DNA of 64,000 nt, taken from the human T2T-CHM13v2.0 reference genome, Homo sapiens. Position numbers and translations under genes: made by a program. Under the pieces are notes generated by a model. It was given only the letters and a program-made list of their open reading frames with translations. It had not been told where the DNA came from and made no database searches. Each line of letters opens with the position of its first letter. The first letter of the stretch is position 1. Positions 39,999 to 54,110 of the stretch are shown piece after piece. The stretch lies in the NCBI RefSeq assembly GCF_009914755.1, contig NC_060947.1, one strand, 5' to 3'.

Positions 39999-42900
39999 AT
40001 TTATTAAGAGACTAACCCCACTGAAATCTTTTTCTTTCTAACTTCAGGAGGTTCTAGCAACCAAATAAATAGTTAAAACTATTTAGGAGTAGGAAATAGG
40101 AAGACCTTCAGACATGGAAAATCAACAACTGCATAATTAAGCTATGCCAAATATTAGTCTGAACAATCCCTCTCCTCAAATACAGTGCTCCATAGATTCT
40201 CCATTGACAGACATTTCCACAAACAACAGGTCTCAAACAATCTTTTTCTAAGTACTTTTCAAAAGCACTTTTTGAATATAGAATAAAATACTTAAATTTT
40301 ATCACTATTTTAATAGTACAACCTTGTCTTTCCCATAGAAAAAAGACAAAAGCTATTAAATGACAAATGAACAACTGGTTTAAAAACATGTGCCTTAAAA
40401 GAACACAGTATCCTCTGTAGTCTGCCTGGGGGAGATGAATAAACGTTATGCCAAAGTGGTAAACCATCCTGCTACCAAAGGAATTTTCTCCACATTGCAT
40501 TTTAAGGAAATTCACAGCTCTTGAAGAGCTATACAATAACTGGTTCAAGATGTTCTCACTGCTGGTCAGCACTGGATAAAGGATTTGCAGAAACCCATGG
40601 AAGCCTATTTCTCTTGCCTCTTTATTGCCCCCATGTGTTGTTATTTATCTTCCCCAACTTTTCTGACCCTTTCCATGTATTTTTTTAATTGAAGTATTGC
40701 TTTGTTCAAGACCTATGTTTACCACTCCCATGGCGATCCTGTACACAAAGACAAGTCAGGAAGACATGAAACGAACGGAGATACTTATGTTGCTTCATGG
40801 TTTTTCCCCTTCTCATTATCCTCCTACTCAATGAGACTATAGTGGGAGGTCTGAATGACATTTCCAAACCAAGAACTTAAAGCTACATTTCAACACCCAA
40901 CTACTCAGTTGTCATAGGAACAACACTATGAGGCTTATCTGGGTTCTAACAAACAGCCACTTGTTTCACTAATGATTAAAACTCCCCCTTCAAATCAAAT
41001 ATAGACACCCATACATATACAGACCTCAAAAGAAAAATTTAATTGGGTAAAACTGTATACTACACCAAAAACTTAAGAAACAAGCCCAAAGGGAAAGCAT
41101 TTACGTTCCCGAACATGCAAATTCAAACACTATTTCAGAGAAATTATTTTGAGGTCTGTCTCTTGACCAGATCCCTTCAGTTTGTTGTTTTACACACCCA
41201 CAAAGACAAAGGCATATGCATGGCATTAATATCTTTTAACAGGGTATACGAAAATGTGAATACTCTCAATGACCCCAGAGGAGAATTCAGAGCAAGCAAT
41301 GCTACTCACTTTCGATGTACTTTTAAAAATTAACAAATTGAGAACAGAGAACGGCAAATAGAATTGAAAACATGAAGTTCTCAGTTAATTCTTCTGGGAT
41401 ATACTTTCTAGCATTTACTGTTCCAACCTGTTTCTATCACATTTTGTCATTCAAAACAATGGATTTTAAATGGATGAGGAAAACCTAAAAATTAGAGGCT
41501 TTTTTCCAACAGGCACGGCAGTATTTATCCAGATTATTAAATCATCATGTTCTCCCCAAGTATTTACTTACATGAAATACAGAGTTGAAAACATAAGCTA
41601 GCAGTTGAATATAAATTATCTGTAAATACCTTAATGCTTTGTTGCCATTTTTCTGTCTTCAAGACTCTAAAAACCTATAAATTCATGTGCTTCAAGAAAA
41701 CTAATGCCATTCCTTAATTAAGTCAAATTGACTTGTCATGTTCACAAGTTTGGATCACCCGTTTCCTGACTTATTGGAGGACCTGCCCTTAAGAGCCGTG
41801 CTTATCTTGTCTTTCTATTTCTTTAAGAATAAATACTTATGCAAAAGTCTTGAGAGCTGCTAGTCTGAGAAAACTGATCTCAAAAGTTATCCAAGTATAC
41901 AAGAGGGGGAAAAAACAATTAATATATCTCACTAGATTCATCTCCCTCCCCCACCCTCATCCCACTCCACTGCTAAGAGAGAGAAATTTCAGCACTGCTA
42001 TCCTGTTTTATTATACATTTTCCCTTTTGAGTTAAGGATTTTAAGATTTTGAAAGTAACAGAACAGGAACCAAAAGTAGATTCAACTTCCAATTTGGCTT
42101 AAAAAGAAAGAAATAATTATTATTTCCTATATTACCCAAAACTTATTCTGTTAATAACAGTTATAATTATATATTCAAATTAATAAATGAAGATTGCTAA
42201 AATTGCCTATATACTTGTTAGCAGTTAAAGAAGAAAAATTTTTTCCATTTGCTTCTATAAGTAGACATCACATGATTACTTCTATTGACCAATAAGAAAC
42301 TAGTAAAATCAGGCAGTCACCCACCATTCTTTTCTAATGTTCTTTTTCTTATTCTATTCAACCTTTTCAGTATATTCTTAAGAAGCCAAATCAAGAAATT
42401 AGACATTCATGCCTAAAATAAAATTGCGTTACCTTATACATCATGAACAGGAACCTGTTGTATATAACACGGGTATTCAAAGCTTTATTGTCTTTTTCTA
42501 GAACCCTTTAACATAAAGGCAGCTCAGATTCAAGATTAGAAAACTGAATTCAACAGGCAGGAACACGCATACGAAACCAGTAAGAACTACTAATCACGAC
42601 CTCTCAAAATGTCATGAACCATATAGATAGAAATAACCCCCCTTTTGCTGTACTAATGTAATCCAATAGAACAAACTTAAAATTCGTGACACAAATGTAA
42701 GAAACAAAAAACAAAAATCTATTGCCATTGTAATCTACCCTTCCCAATCAGGAGAGGTGTTTCCGACGCATTACTTGAACTTTCATTTTGTACAACTTTC
42801 ATCTTGTAAGGTTCTAACTAAATACTTGACATCTTAATGCAGAGGAAAGGAAAGGAGGGCAAGTAGACTAATTCTGAAAGCATCCCTTCAAATTTCATAC

Positions 42901-43727
42901 ATGCTATTCAGACTAAATGGAAATCTACATCCATGGAAAGTTAATGTCGCAATTCTACTAAACAGCCCATTCTGATTTTATGTTTCTCCTCCACTAACAA
43001 GAAAAAATAAAACAACCAAATCTAGCTGTATTACATATGTTTAGCTAAACTGATAGCACTCAGCTCATTTTTGTTAATTACCTGGCTTCTTCTCAGTCTT
43101 TATGCGGTATTCTCGTGCTGCTCTTTTTTAGAACTCCTCACTGTTTATGTGTTCTCTGTTCAACACAGTTGTTAGGGGTCTGTGAACAATTTTTCAATTC
43201 CCACACACGCATATGATATCTATTAGGGAGCAATGCCACTTTTCACTTACCAATTCTGGATAAAGGAGTATTTCCTGGTGACAGAATGCTGCTGCTTCCG
43301 TTCACTAAAACTCCCTCTTCGCAGCTTGATAAATCTGATTATAAAACGTCTTTGTTCCAGATCACACGAGGCGCTTTTCCTACAAAAGTTTTCTAAAGAG
43401 TTATCTGCATTTCATTCCTGTGACAAAACAAATCAGAACAAGGGGGGTGGGGGGGGGAACAGGGAATAAGTCCACACAAGTTCCTGGCAAAGATTTTAAG
43501 CTGCATTTTTCTGAGTTTAATCAGTAACCTATATTAAAGTGACAGTTACCAGTTCAGGAAGCCTAGAGTTTGATCAAGTCGGTCACAACCACTTTGAGAG
43601 TCTTCCACTGGTGTGCGGACTCCAAGAAAGCAGTCACTTGGTCATCTATCACATGTGGCTGAATCACTGGACAGACCACCCCCGCCCCACACACCCCCAG
43701 CCCCCGTTGAGCAGCAGCCCAGGCAGG

Positions 43728-43790
43728 AGAGTGGCCGGACGCCCGACCCAAGACCTCTTATAGGGACCCGCCAATTAGCTGCTGACCAAT
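43728..43790 (-). promoter_or_regulatory. Core promoter: two CCAAT boxes, TATA-like box, initiator
   Basis: CCAAT at 43771-43775 and 43786-43790. Minus-strand TATAAGAG begins at 43762. Inr CCACTCT has its A at 43732, exactly 30 nt downstream. Local CpG enrichment and a GC box ccccgccc near 43680. Confidence 0.75.
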
Positions 43791-44725
43791 CGCAGCCAGC
43801 ACCTAGTACCTAAGTCACATGATAGGGCAGTCCCTATGACTGCAGGATTTCTGAATTACTGGGGTTACACAAAGGACACTCATTCAGGAAAAGAGAAAAA
43901 AAGCCATAAGCCGAAACAGAAAACGCCCAGGCTGCGACAACTACGGCTTTAAAACAGGGAACACCCCAGCCTCACACAGACAGAGAAAGAGCCACAACCA
44001 AGCCAGGATGAAAATCAGAAGAATGTCTGGCACATATTAAAAAATAATCCCAAAGCAGACGCTGAGTTTACAAACCCACTTCAGCTATAAATCTACTCCT
44101 CCTTCCCCTTCCTCTATAGTCTCCAATAATTTTACATTCTAAACTTTTTTATTTTAAAAAGCTCCAGTGAGCCTCTGCAAAACCGCTGTAAGAAAATGTG
44201 CGAGACACATGAGCCTCTCTTCCCATCCCCTCAAAATACCCCTGAAGGAGATTCAAATTGGCCATGAAAAGATTCCTAAGTGAAATACATTTCTTTTAAA
44301 ATAGTTAAATAAATTAAGTGAAATTAAACATTGCCAGAACAGATTCGTATGGTAACTAACAAATCATCTCTCTCTCAATCATTTTAAACTGTACACATCA
44401 AGGACACTCTTGTTAAGTAAACGAGCCCACTTTGTGAACTAGATACCCATTTATTTTTATTTGAATGCCCCCAATTTGTCTCTTAAACACCTTTTATGTT
44501 TAGGAAGAAATTCAACTGCGAACACCCCTACCATTGCTCCGACCTCCAAAAATGGTACTTACAAATGTTCCTTGTTTGGATCTGTCGACTTCTTCTCCCC
44601 TCCCCCGACATTTGGAGTCAAAATATGGGCTCAACCTCATCCTTCAAACCTAAAGGCCCTATTTTGATCGTGCAAGACTGCAACAGCTCCTTCTCCCAGG
44701 CAAGCCCAGAACACTGTGCCGCTTG

Positions 44726-44852
44726 CCATTCCCAATTTATGGAAGGAAGTGTATGTCAAACAAACCAGGTGATGACTCAGACTGCCTCCTCCAGCCACGT
44801 TTTCCCTAGAATGGGAGGGTAGTTTAAGTGCAGCCCATTTGGATGTGACTCA
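44726..44852. promoter_or_regulatory. Candidate proximal enhancer (TEAD, ETS, 2x AP-1)
   Basis: CATTCC ~44727, GGAAGGAAGT 44741-44750, TGACTCA 44773-44779 and 44846-44852. Confidence 0.55.
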
Positions 44853-47770
44853 GTTTTATTAGACTGGTGGCTGTAGCTAAGCTGACAAGCTCACATTTTT
44901 TTTAAATAACTTGTACATTTAGAGATCAGGACGCACATTCCAACTGGTTTCAAGAATTGAATCATGTAAACAGGAGAGATGCAAGATTATTTTTAAGGTA
45001 TGGCAACGCTCTGGCTCTGTTCCCTAATATTTTAAATTTCAGAACTGTGCACTGAAATTTTTACAATGGAGGCAACCAAACGTTTTAATTCACACAAGAG
45101 TAGCAAACAGGTTTTCTACATTTAGGTTTACTTGAGGTCTTTACCATGAGGGACTTGGACTCCTTCCATCCTGAAGATTCAAGTCTCTAAGTCTGGGGCC
45201 CGCGCGGCGGGTTCTTCAGGAAGTGGTTGGGAGCATGAGAGCCATGTTGCAGCTTTCACTTTTGCATTTACTGCAATTCACACTCTAAGCTGAGCTAGTC
45301 ACACACAGCACACACGTAATACAATCACATCACCAAAAAATCTGTACAGTCCTTTAGTCTCGACCTGCCTAAAAGCTGTGAAATAAAAACTTGAAAACCA
45401 CCAGTGAAAATTCCAATTAAATATACTGACATGCCCTAGTAGTCTTCCTCTTCAGTAAAAACTTCACTACCAAGATGGGAGTGGCATTACATGGAGTAAA
45501 TTGTTCCCAGGTATTATGTAGACAGGAAGAATACAGTAATAAGAAGGGCAATTCCCCACATGAAAAATCTGGAAGGCTTGGGCTGAGCAATTTAACTACA
45601 GTTATCTCTTTTCAGCATACTTCCTTTAACCTTCAGCAAAGTCAGCAACTGCTCTGACTAAGGCTTGGCATTTATTGTTGATTATGCCTTGATGGATAAC
45701 TAGTTTTATTACAATACAGGAAATACATCCAACATTTGAAACACAGAAAAATGTTCAGATGTCTAATTTTCAGATTGGTAGATGAGAGCACAGAAAAGGT
45801 ATACACACTGAAACCATGTATAACAGTTAATTCAGGAGTTGATTATTCACTTTATAAAAAGACTTCCTGCAGGGTTTTACTGGAATAAACACTACATTCA
45901 ATTTACATACAGAATTAATTTTCAGAAATTAAAATCACACGAAACTATTTCGAGAGCACTTCCAAATTACACTTTTGAATTCTACTTTAACCATGTGTAT
46001 GTATTTCTCAGTTATTAAAACTTATTCATACTTCAGTAGTAATGTATTAAGTTTTATTGGCTTAAAGACAGTTACCTTGCTAAGATACAGAACATAAAGT
46101 CTATAATTATATGGCTTTCAGTGGAAATAAACACAGGCTATGAAAATAGAATGTGAATAAAATGGAACATCTAAAACTCTGGCATCTAAAAGGACCTATG
46201 ACATCTCTGAGGAGTCTAGCTTCTGGAGTCAGACTTGCTGGGATTTGACTTCTGGTTCTGCTGTTCCTAGCTGTGGCACCTGGATTAAAAAATGATTCTA
46301 TGTTAAGTGCTGAGAACAGTGTCTGACAGAGAACTCTGGAGTCATACACATTTCAGTCATTCCCTAAGTAACACTTCTGAATGAGAAAAATATGATTCCA
46401 TAACTTTTTAAAAAAAGAATCACTAGTAACTATTTTACTAATGTTGACAAACACGTAGCCCATCCATATTTTCCTCCTAAAGTTTCAGCAGTTGAAATAC
46501 TCATCCAGTTTTACATCTGAGATCTGTTTGGGTCTTTCCTCTCCAAACTTCCTGGAGCCTGCTAAGGCCAGTGCAGAATCGAGCTGGGGCCAGCCAGAGA
46601 GGGCATTTAAGAACTCCAATTCCACTTTGCCCAGATGTGTCAGGACATTGGAAGTGTCATCAGCCAGGAAAGAAGGTGAGTGGGTCAGAGACTGGGGGCA
46701 ACACTACAGCTCTGTTGGGGACAGAGCACTGCCCTTGACATTAACAAGGGCCCCTAGTCAGAGGCATGAAGAGATGGGTACAGACTCAGAAAAAAATACC
46801 CAAGATCCACTGTTTATTCGCTCCACAGGGCCGTGACATAAAACCCTACCACAACTACCCTAGGAGAAACCCAGAGAGTTGGGTGGGGAACCTCAGTATG
46901 CATTCTCCTCTATGCTGTCTTTCATTAAGAAATTGCATTTCTTAAAGGAGCAAACAGCATGCATTTCCATCTGAGAACTATATGAAGCTGTTTCAAGCAT
47001 CCCACAAACCCCTCAGTAACAAAAGCTAATCGTTTCCAGTCAGCACATAACATATTTGAAGAATAATAAAAAGGACAGCAAGCAGACATCATCGAGGTGC
47101 AGGCAAGCTTTATAAATATGGAATTCCTCAAATATGGTGCTCGGCACTAGTGTGGGGGGGAATGGGAGTGAGGAGAAGTAGTTCTGTGTTTTGTTTGAGG
47201 GCGAGCAACTGCTCCAGTTTGTCTTTACCCAGGCAATGTTTTGGAGACAGATGGTAACATAATGGGGGAAAAGCCAGCAAAATGAAGAGAGGGTGGTTGG
47301 GATTACAAATGAGTGATGGGGGAAGGCTCCATTCTGTTCCCCTCCATGTCGCAGCCCAGTTTGAAGATGCACACAGACCTGATTCAACAGTTCAGTTCAA
47401 GGCTGGTTTGGAGCTCCAGCATGGAGCTTCCTGTCCACCGCCACTCCTGTCTTGGGTAAGTTCTAAAATACCAAACGATCCAACTGTGTCAGGCTCCCAG
47501 AAACCAAAGTTACAAGTCAGGGTAAAGACAAACAGCCTGGGTTGTAATACTGTCTCTGAGGCTATTACCTGTGGGGACATAGAAGAGTCCCTTCATTTCT
47601 CTAAGGCTTTCACTTCATCTGAAGAATGGGAATAAGCGAAAAAATACAAGCAAGGAACAGAGACTGCTGCCTCAATATGTCTGCTACCACCATCAGCTCT
47701 CTAAGGGTGAGCTGTCACCTTCAGTACTAACCTTACAGTTCCTCAGGAGAGAAACAAAAAACAATCTTGT

Positions 47771-48124
47771 GGCCGAGTGCAGTGGCTCACGCCTATAATC
47801 CCAACACTTTGGGAAGCCGAGGTGAGAGGATTGCTTAAGCCCAGGAGTTGGAGAACAGCCTGGGCAACATAGTGAGACCTCATCTCTACAAAATAAAATA
47901 AAATAAAATAAAATAAAATAAAAAAATTAGCCAGGCACAGTGGTGTGCGCCTGTAGTCTCAGTTACTTGGGAAGCTGAGATGGGAAGATCAGTTGGGCCC
48001 AGGAGTTCAAAGCTGCAGTGAGCCGTGGTCTGTGCCACTGAACTCCAGCCTGGGCAACAGAACAAGACACTGTCAAAAACAAACAAAACAAAACAAAACA
48101 AAAAAACAAACAACAACAAAAAAA
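47771..48124 (+). mobile_element. AluJ with (AAAAT)n-expanded linker
   Basis: gaggattgcttaagcccaggag, ttcaaagctgcagtgagc. Confidence 0.93.
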
Positions 48125-50607
48125 CCTCAAGCTGCCAAGTCACACGTTCATTTGAAGGCAAACAAAATGTCTTTATCACCTATGTTTTGCAATGATCAAA
48201 AATCTTTGGATTGCTTCTATATTCACTTTTTGATTATAGCAAAGTATCCTACTTTGAAAACAAGATTCTTTCTGTATACATTTTATGTAAGATCCACAAT
48301 ATCAGAGGTTTTTCACAGAAACCTGCCTCCATGGCTATGTGTATGCCTCTACAGACGTGCACACAAGCTATACTAGTCTTATATAAGAATCTGAACATTT
48401 CTTTATGAGGGCTGGCCTCTGTTTCAAGCTTCTCATGTTATGTAAGTAGCCGCTTTGCCTGTCTTCCTGCAATGATTTCAGCTCTAAGCAGTATACTTCG
48501 CTCAGAAAAGTTTTTATTAGTTGTCTTCTTTCCCCACCCATTTTAAAGAACAAACTGACTCAGTTTTTTGATGGCAACACCACTGGGTGGGAGTGAACAT
48601 GGGAGTGGGCAGGGTGGGAGAAAGGGAGGATGAGGAGGCGGAGGAGGTGGTGGGAGCCAAGAGCTGAATCACAGCCATGTGAGTAATCTTAGGCTTTTTT
48701 TTTTCTTCCTAAGGGTATGAATCAAATTAAGCTTATTTTGCTGTGGGTGAAGGAAGAGGAATATAATAGCGTGAATCAGAGCAATTATCAAATATGCGGC
48801 ACTCACTAAAAATTAATTACAATCACTACTTTTTTTCACATGTCTGCCTGAAAATGCCAGAGAGCTTCTGTTATTAATCAATATAATCCTTGACAAAAAT
48901 TCTTCAGACTTTGAACTCAATTATCACCCTCTTCCCTTTAAAAATTTCCTTTTACACATGAATTTCAGAAACAGGAATTCTTTCGGAGCTTCTGTGAGAT
49001 AATCTTTGGCCCTTGGAGGTAAGTGTGAAAACAGCATGGATAATACTGGGTAGAGACCAGGTTATACACTATCTGGCCATGAGCACTGGAAGCAAAATAC
49101 TGAATGTATAAAAACAATTGCTCAGAGAATGAGTTCAACCTCTCAAGAGCATTCCAATGGGAATGCTGCATGCAACAACACGCCCTCAGGGAAAAGTGGG
49201 CATTCCTTTCCTAATAGTTGGCAGTGAGAATAAAGTTGTCATACAGAACTTTTGAATTGCCTTAGGGTGAAATAAGCAGATCTTCACTAAGAGTAATATT
49301 AAGAAAAAGATGGATCAAAACATATAAAATCTGTTTTTCTGAATTTACATAGTTATTACCAGGTGTAAAATGGCTAAGGCGGAAGGCTTGGACAACTAAA
49401 ATACTATTTTAACGGAGTCTATGCATTAGGAAGTCAAGAGGGCATATTTGAACTCTACTGAGATTCTGTTACATGTTTTACTACACAAATGAGCTAAAAT
49501 ACATTGTCTGCTTAGTTACCTACCCATGATTTTTTCCTTTATTAAACATAGGTATGGATATTCTTTAGATAAGCAAATGTTCTCTGTGAATTAGTACCCT
49601 TACAGAATATTCTACACCCAGGAGCTCAGAGAATAGAGTCTTTATCACATTGTCGGGTTTTCCAAAGTTCATTTCTATTTATATAACACTGTTTTTTGTG
49701 CTAGCATCTTTACTGGGGTCTCCAAATAAATTCAAGACCACTCTGAATAAGCCAAGGCTTTTACTTCTCTATTTCTATGTGTTCCTCAATTTGGAAATTT
49801 TAATCTGTAAGGATGAGCTCTTTAGGGATGATAATTTGTATGCCCAAGTTTGCATATCCCTAAGTCTGCCTATAGAACATTAACAATTTTGGAGACCTTA
49901 GTCAAAATATATTTACATAATCTACAAAGATATATCAATATTGGGTTCATATAAAATGGGCCAGATCTCTTTCTAGAACAGGTGACTTGGCTACCTCTAC
50001 CCCCAACCCTCAGGTTCTCTACCATCCCACCTAAGCCAAGTTAATTGTATTGCAGTATTTGTCCTTCTACCCTTCAACTCAGTGCTCTCTCAACTAACTT
50101 CCTATGTAGTAGAAATAATACTCCCAAACCCAATTTTGTCACATCCTGACCAGCATCTATCGCAAGGGGCTGGCAGTTTCCAGAAATTTCCAGTTCATAT
50201 TTTAGTTCTCTCTCGCTCTTTTTTTAAAAAATATTTCAAATAGCAATTGCAGGGGAAAATTCTCAGAGTTCCAGCCCTCTGAAGAAAAGAGTCCTCGGGC
50301 ACTCTGTATGGGTTTTATCGGCTCCCAAAATGCCAGATGTTTGAGGCTGAAGGTCAGGGGCAGGGGGCAGGGGTTGCCATTCTGATATTTTATCTGGGGA
50401 GAATCAGAATTTTCAAAGGCATCATTGATGCTGAATATACATGAATTTAAGACTGTTTGGTCTCAGCATAGTCACTAACTATGCTGACATGACGTGGTTC
50501 TCATCTAGCGATAACAGAAAAGAATAAAAAACAGCAGCAAAGACAACTTGAAGGCCAGGCATTTGGGCAAGGACAATGATGGAAATGAGGTAGAGGTGAA
50601 GGACAAT

Positions 50608-50645
50608 GGTGGAGATAGAGGTGGAGGTGGAGGTGGAGGTGGTGG
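50608..50645. repeat. (GGAGGT)n simple repeat
   Basis: gaggtggaggtggaggtggaggtggtgg. Confidence 0.85.
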
Positions 50646-52579
50646 TCTTGGCTGAGAGGTGATGTAGTGAAAGAGTCAGCAGAAGCAGAAAACAAAAGGT
50701 GAGTATTTGGACCGAGGAGATAGGGGTATCAGGGCCCCTCACAATGCAGACCATACCCTAGAAGTCTGGCTTCAAGGGATAGAAGACAGTACAGGGTGTC
50801 CAAAAGTGCAAGTGAAAGATAACAAATAATAGAAATAGGAAAGAGAAACAGGATAAGGAAGGCACTACCCTCATTTGAAGAATATAATTTTAATAATGAG
50901 CTTTCGTTTCTAATCTTGTACCAAATACCTTCTGTCATATTTTTTCTATAATGTACCTCTCTCAGCTCACCCCTTAATCTATCACCATTATCTTCTCTCT
51001 AGGACGTGGCCAAGCTATCAAAAAACTGCAGCCTGTGGAGAAGTAGCAAGTAGGAGGGAGGTCAGGAGTGGGTGGCTAAAACCACCACAAGATTTGAGAA
51101 CGCAGATGTATTTAACTGGAAGGAGAAAAGGAAAGCACAGAGGTACCTGTCTGTTGTCTGATTTGTGGGTAAGAAAAGTCCATCATGTGGAAACTGGACA
51201 GAGGCCTTAAGCAGAGAAGGATCTTAAGAAGAACTGCAACAGTGACCTGGCTGGGTCTTTAAGGGGGAAATCACCCTATCCAATGGGTAAGGTTGACCTC
51301 ACATCCCTTCCAAATGAGGTTCTAGATCTTTAAGTTGATCTATTTCAAGAGGTTTTTTGGAGCACGTGAAATCACTCTAAAATGATTGCTTCAAAAGAAA
51401 GCTGTGCTGAAGCAAAAACAAATCAATTAAGAGTTTCTCTGTTGGAGAGCTTCAGGCCACTAACTCTTGAAGACATTTTAACCTGAGTGATTATTTCCTC
51501 TAGGTCATGAAAATCAATGTATTAGTCCCTCTATAGCAACTCTGCCTCTGGACTCACCACCTGCGACCAGAAACACTCCCTCCCAAAGCGAGGCGGCTTA
51601 GACCATAACGAAATTACCTGATCTCTCTATTCCTACTCCAACAGGTCATGGGAAAAGAACAAAATGATCTATTAAAAACTGCAGCTGTGCTATAGTTATG
51701 GGCAATGTCACTATGGGGAGAAACTAGCTGATGGATACTCGAGACCTCTCTGTACTATTTTTATCACTGCTTAGGAACCTATAATTATTTCAAAAAAAAA
51801 ATTGAAAAACAAAACCAGCAGCTGTCTGAAAAAATTATCTTCAAGCTAATCATGAGAAACAAAAGTCAAAACTCACGACTGGATAATTGGTCCCAATTAT
51901 GCTAGTTCTGTACCTAATGCTTGGAGAAAGACATTCAGTAAGGAAACCAAGAAATGATACACAAGTGTCTGGCCAAACCCCTCCCTTCTTGGTTTAACTA
52001 ATATGGAAGAGTAACATTTGTTATCTTAGAAACTAAGAAGTAAACTAACAACTGTAAATGGCAAAATTAAGATTTATAAATTCATTTTATCATTCTAAGA
52101 TCTAGAAAAGAGACCCACCCTATTTTATCCAAGCTAAAACTCTGCTGATTGTAAGACACTTCATTATTTTATGTATCATTAGGAAAGAAACAAACTTTGC
52201 CAATTAACTATGACACAATGCCTTAAAGACAGTCTTGGGTGACAGTCAAACTAGTTCCTCACTGCTTTGTTCTGGGGGATTTGGCAATTTCTTCTGCCTT
52301 GAGTTGCATTGCTTGTCGTGTGATCAGCAGTCCTTCTGAATGTAACTCAGTAACAAAACATAACACAGCTTCAATCATTTCTCCAACTATGAACATTTGC
52401 TTGACTAATATTAAATTTAGTGCCTGGTTTTCTCATGCCTTTCTGTATGCCCAATAGCATTTTGTTTCATCATGAATAAAATCTTATTTCAATAATGTAA
52501 TCATATTGAGAGCATATTAAATGACAGGTACAGCCACTCTTCCGTTCTCTGTAGCCTATTTCTGACCAGTTTGCCTAGG

Positions 52580-54110
52580 AAATTCACTCAGTCATTTAAA
52601 AACTGTTTATTGAGTGCTTACTAACTTCCAGGCACCGCACTAGGTTAAGGTGATACAGCAAAGAACAAGAGACAAATTCCCTGTCCAGTCTAAAGAGGAA
52701 GGAAATATAACCAAATAACTACATAATATGCTCCCGGTGATGAGTGCTCAAGCAGGATAGAGAAGGCAGGCAATCCTGGGACATGGGGGTGGGAGCAGGG
52801 TTAGGAGCAACTTATTTTGTTTAGGGTAATCAGTGAAAGAAAGCCTCTCTGATCAAGTAGGCATTTAAACAAAGATCTAAAGGAAGAGAAGTAGTAGGTT
52901 TCATAAATATCTAGGCAACAAATGAGAGGGCAAGGCAGAGAAAACTTGTAAAAGAGACAGTAAAGAAGCCAGTGTCACCACAGCAAAATGATCAAGGGAG
53001 AATGAAGAGGGATATGAGACTGACTGGGTTTGGTAGAGATGGGAGAGCAGATCACATAGGACTTTCTAGGCCATTGTCTTTACAAGGGCTATGGTCTTTA
53101 CTCCGAGAGAAATGGAAACCCACATGAGTAGATTGGGAGAGATCTAAGAATCTTTCCAGGGTGATTCGAAAGGCAAGAGTGGAACAGGGCACCCAACTGA
53201 TCACCTCCAGATAAGACATGACAGCTGCCTGAACTAGGTGGTAGCAGTGGAGATTATAAGTGGTCAGATTTCAGATATATTTTAAAAGAAGAGCAGACAT
53301 GATTTGCTGATGTGAAGTAGAAGCTAAAGACAGAGGTCAATAGCAGCACTAGGATTTTGCAATTTTAAAAATGGCACTGACATTTACCAAGATGGGGCAG
53401 ATTGGGTATGGCAGGGGTGAGAAAGTGTGTAGAAGGAAATGAAGTTAAGCTTTGGACATGCTAGGCTTGAGATGCCAATCAGATATCCAAGCAGAGAGGT
53501 AGAAAAAACGGTTGAAATTGAGCAGAGTTCCAAGATAAAATCGTCAGTGTTTAAGTGACATTTAATGTCAAGGGACTAGATAATTTGGGAGTGAGGACAG
53601 TTACAGAAGTTGTGGAGGCCTGAGGCACTTGAATATGAAGAGGCTGAAGCAATGCCAGGAGGATCAGCAAAGAAGATTGGCATGGATCACCCTCTGGGTA
53701 GGCAAAGGACCAAGTGTGGCATCAAGGAGCCAAGTGAAAAAAAAATGCTTTCAAGGAAGAGGTCATGATTGGTTGGGCCAGATCCTGCCAGTAGGCTGAA
53801 TAAGATGAAGACTGGGGACTCAACACTGAATTTGAAAGGTGGAGGTCCTGGGCGATTTTGTCAGAGAGTCATTTGGGGGTGGGGAGGGGAACACCAAGCC
53901 TAACTGGAGTGAGGACTGCAGAGCATGGGAGGAGAGGTATGTGCGGCAGTAAATAGAGACAACAACTCTTCAGAGATATGGTATAGCAGCTGGAAGGCAA
54001 TGTGGGTGCAAGAACAGATGCCACCAGGGACCACAGGGACAATTGCAGAAACCTTGAGTAGAAGACAGGATGATGGGATTCAGTGCATTGTCAAGAGATG
54101 GGCCTTCGGT
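52580..54110 (-). mobile_element. Long L2 fragment
   Basis: attcactcagtcatt..tttattgagtgcttactaa..ccaggcac, tttggacatgctaggcttgagatgcc. Confidence 0.8.

Noticed and set aside
40108-40572. 154-aa ORF on the host-gene strand
   Set aside because: Non-ATG start, intronic, composition typical of AT-rich noncoding DNA, no recognisable domain
45195-45212. Small CpG cluster ggggcccgcgcggcggg
   Set aside because: Too short for a CpG island and no supporting motifs
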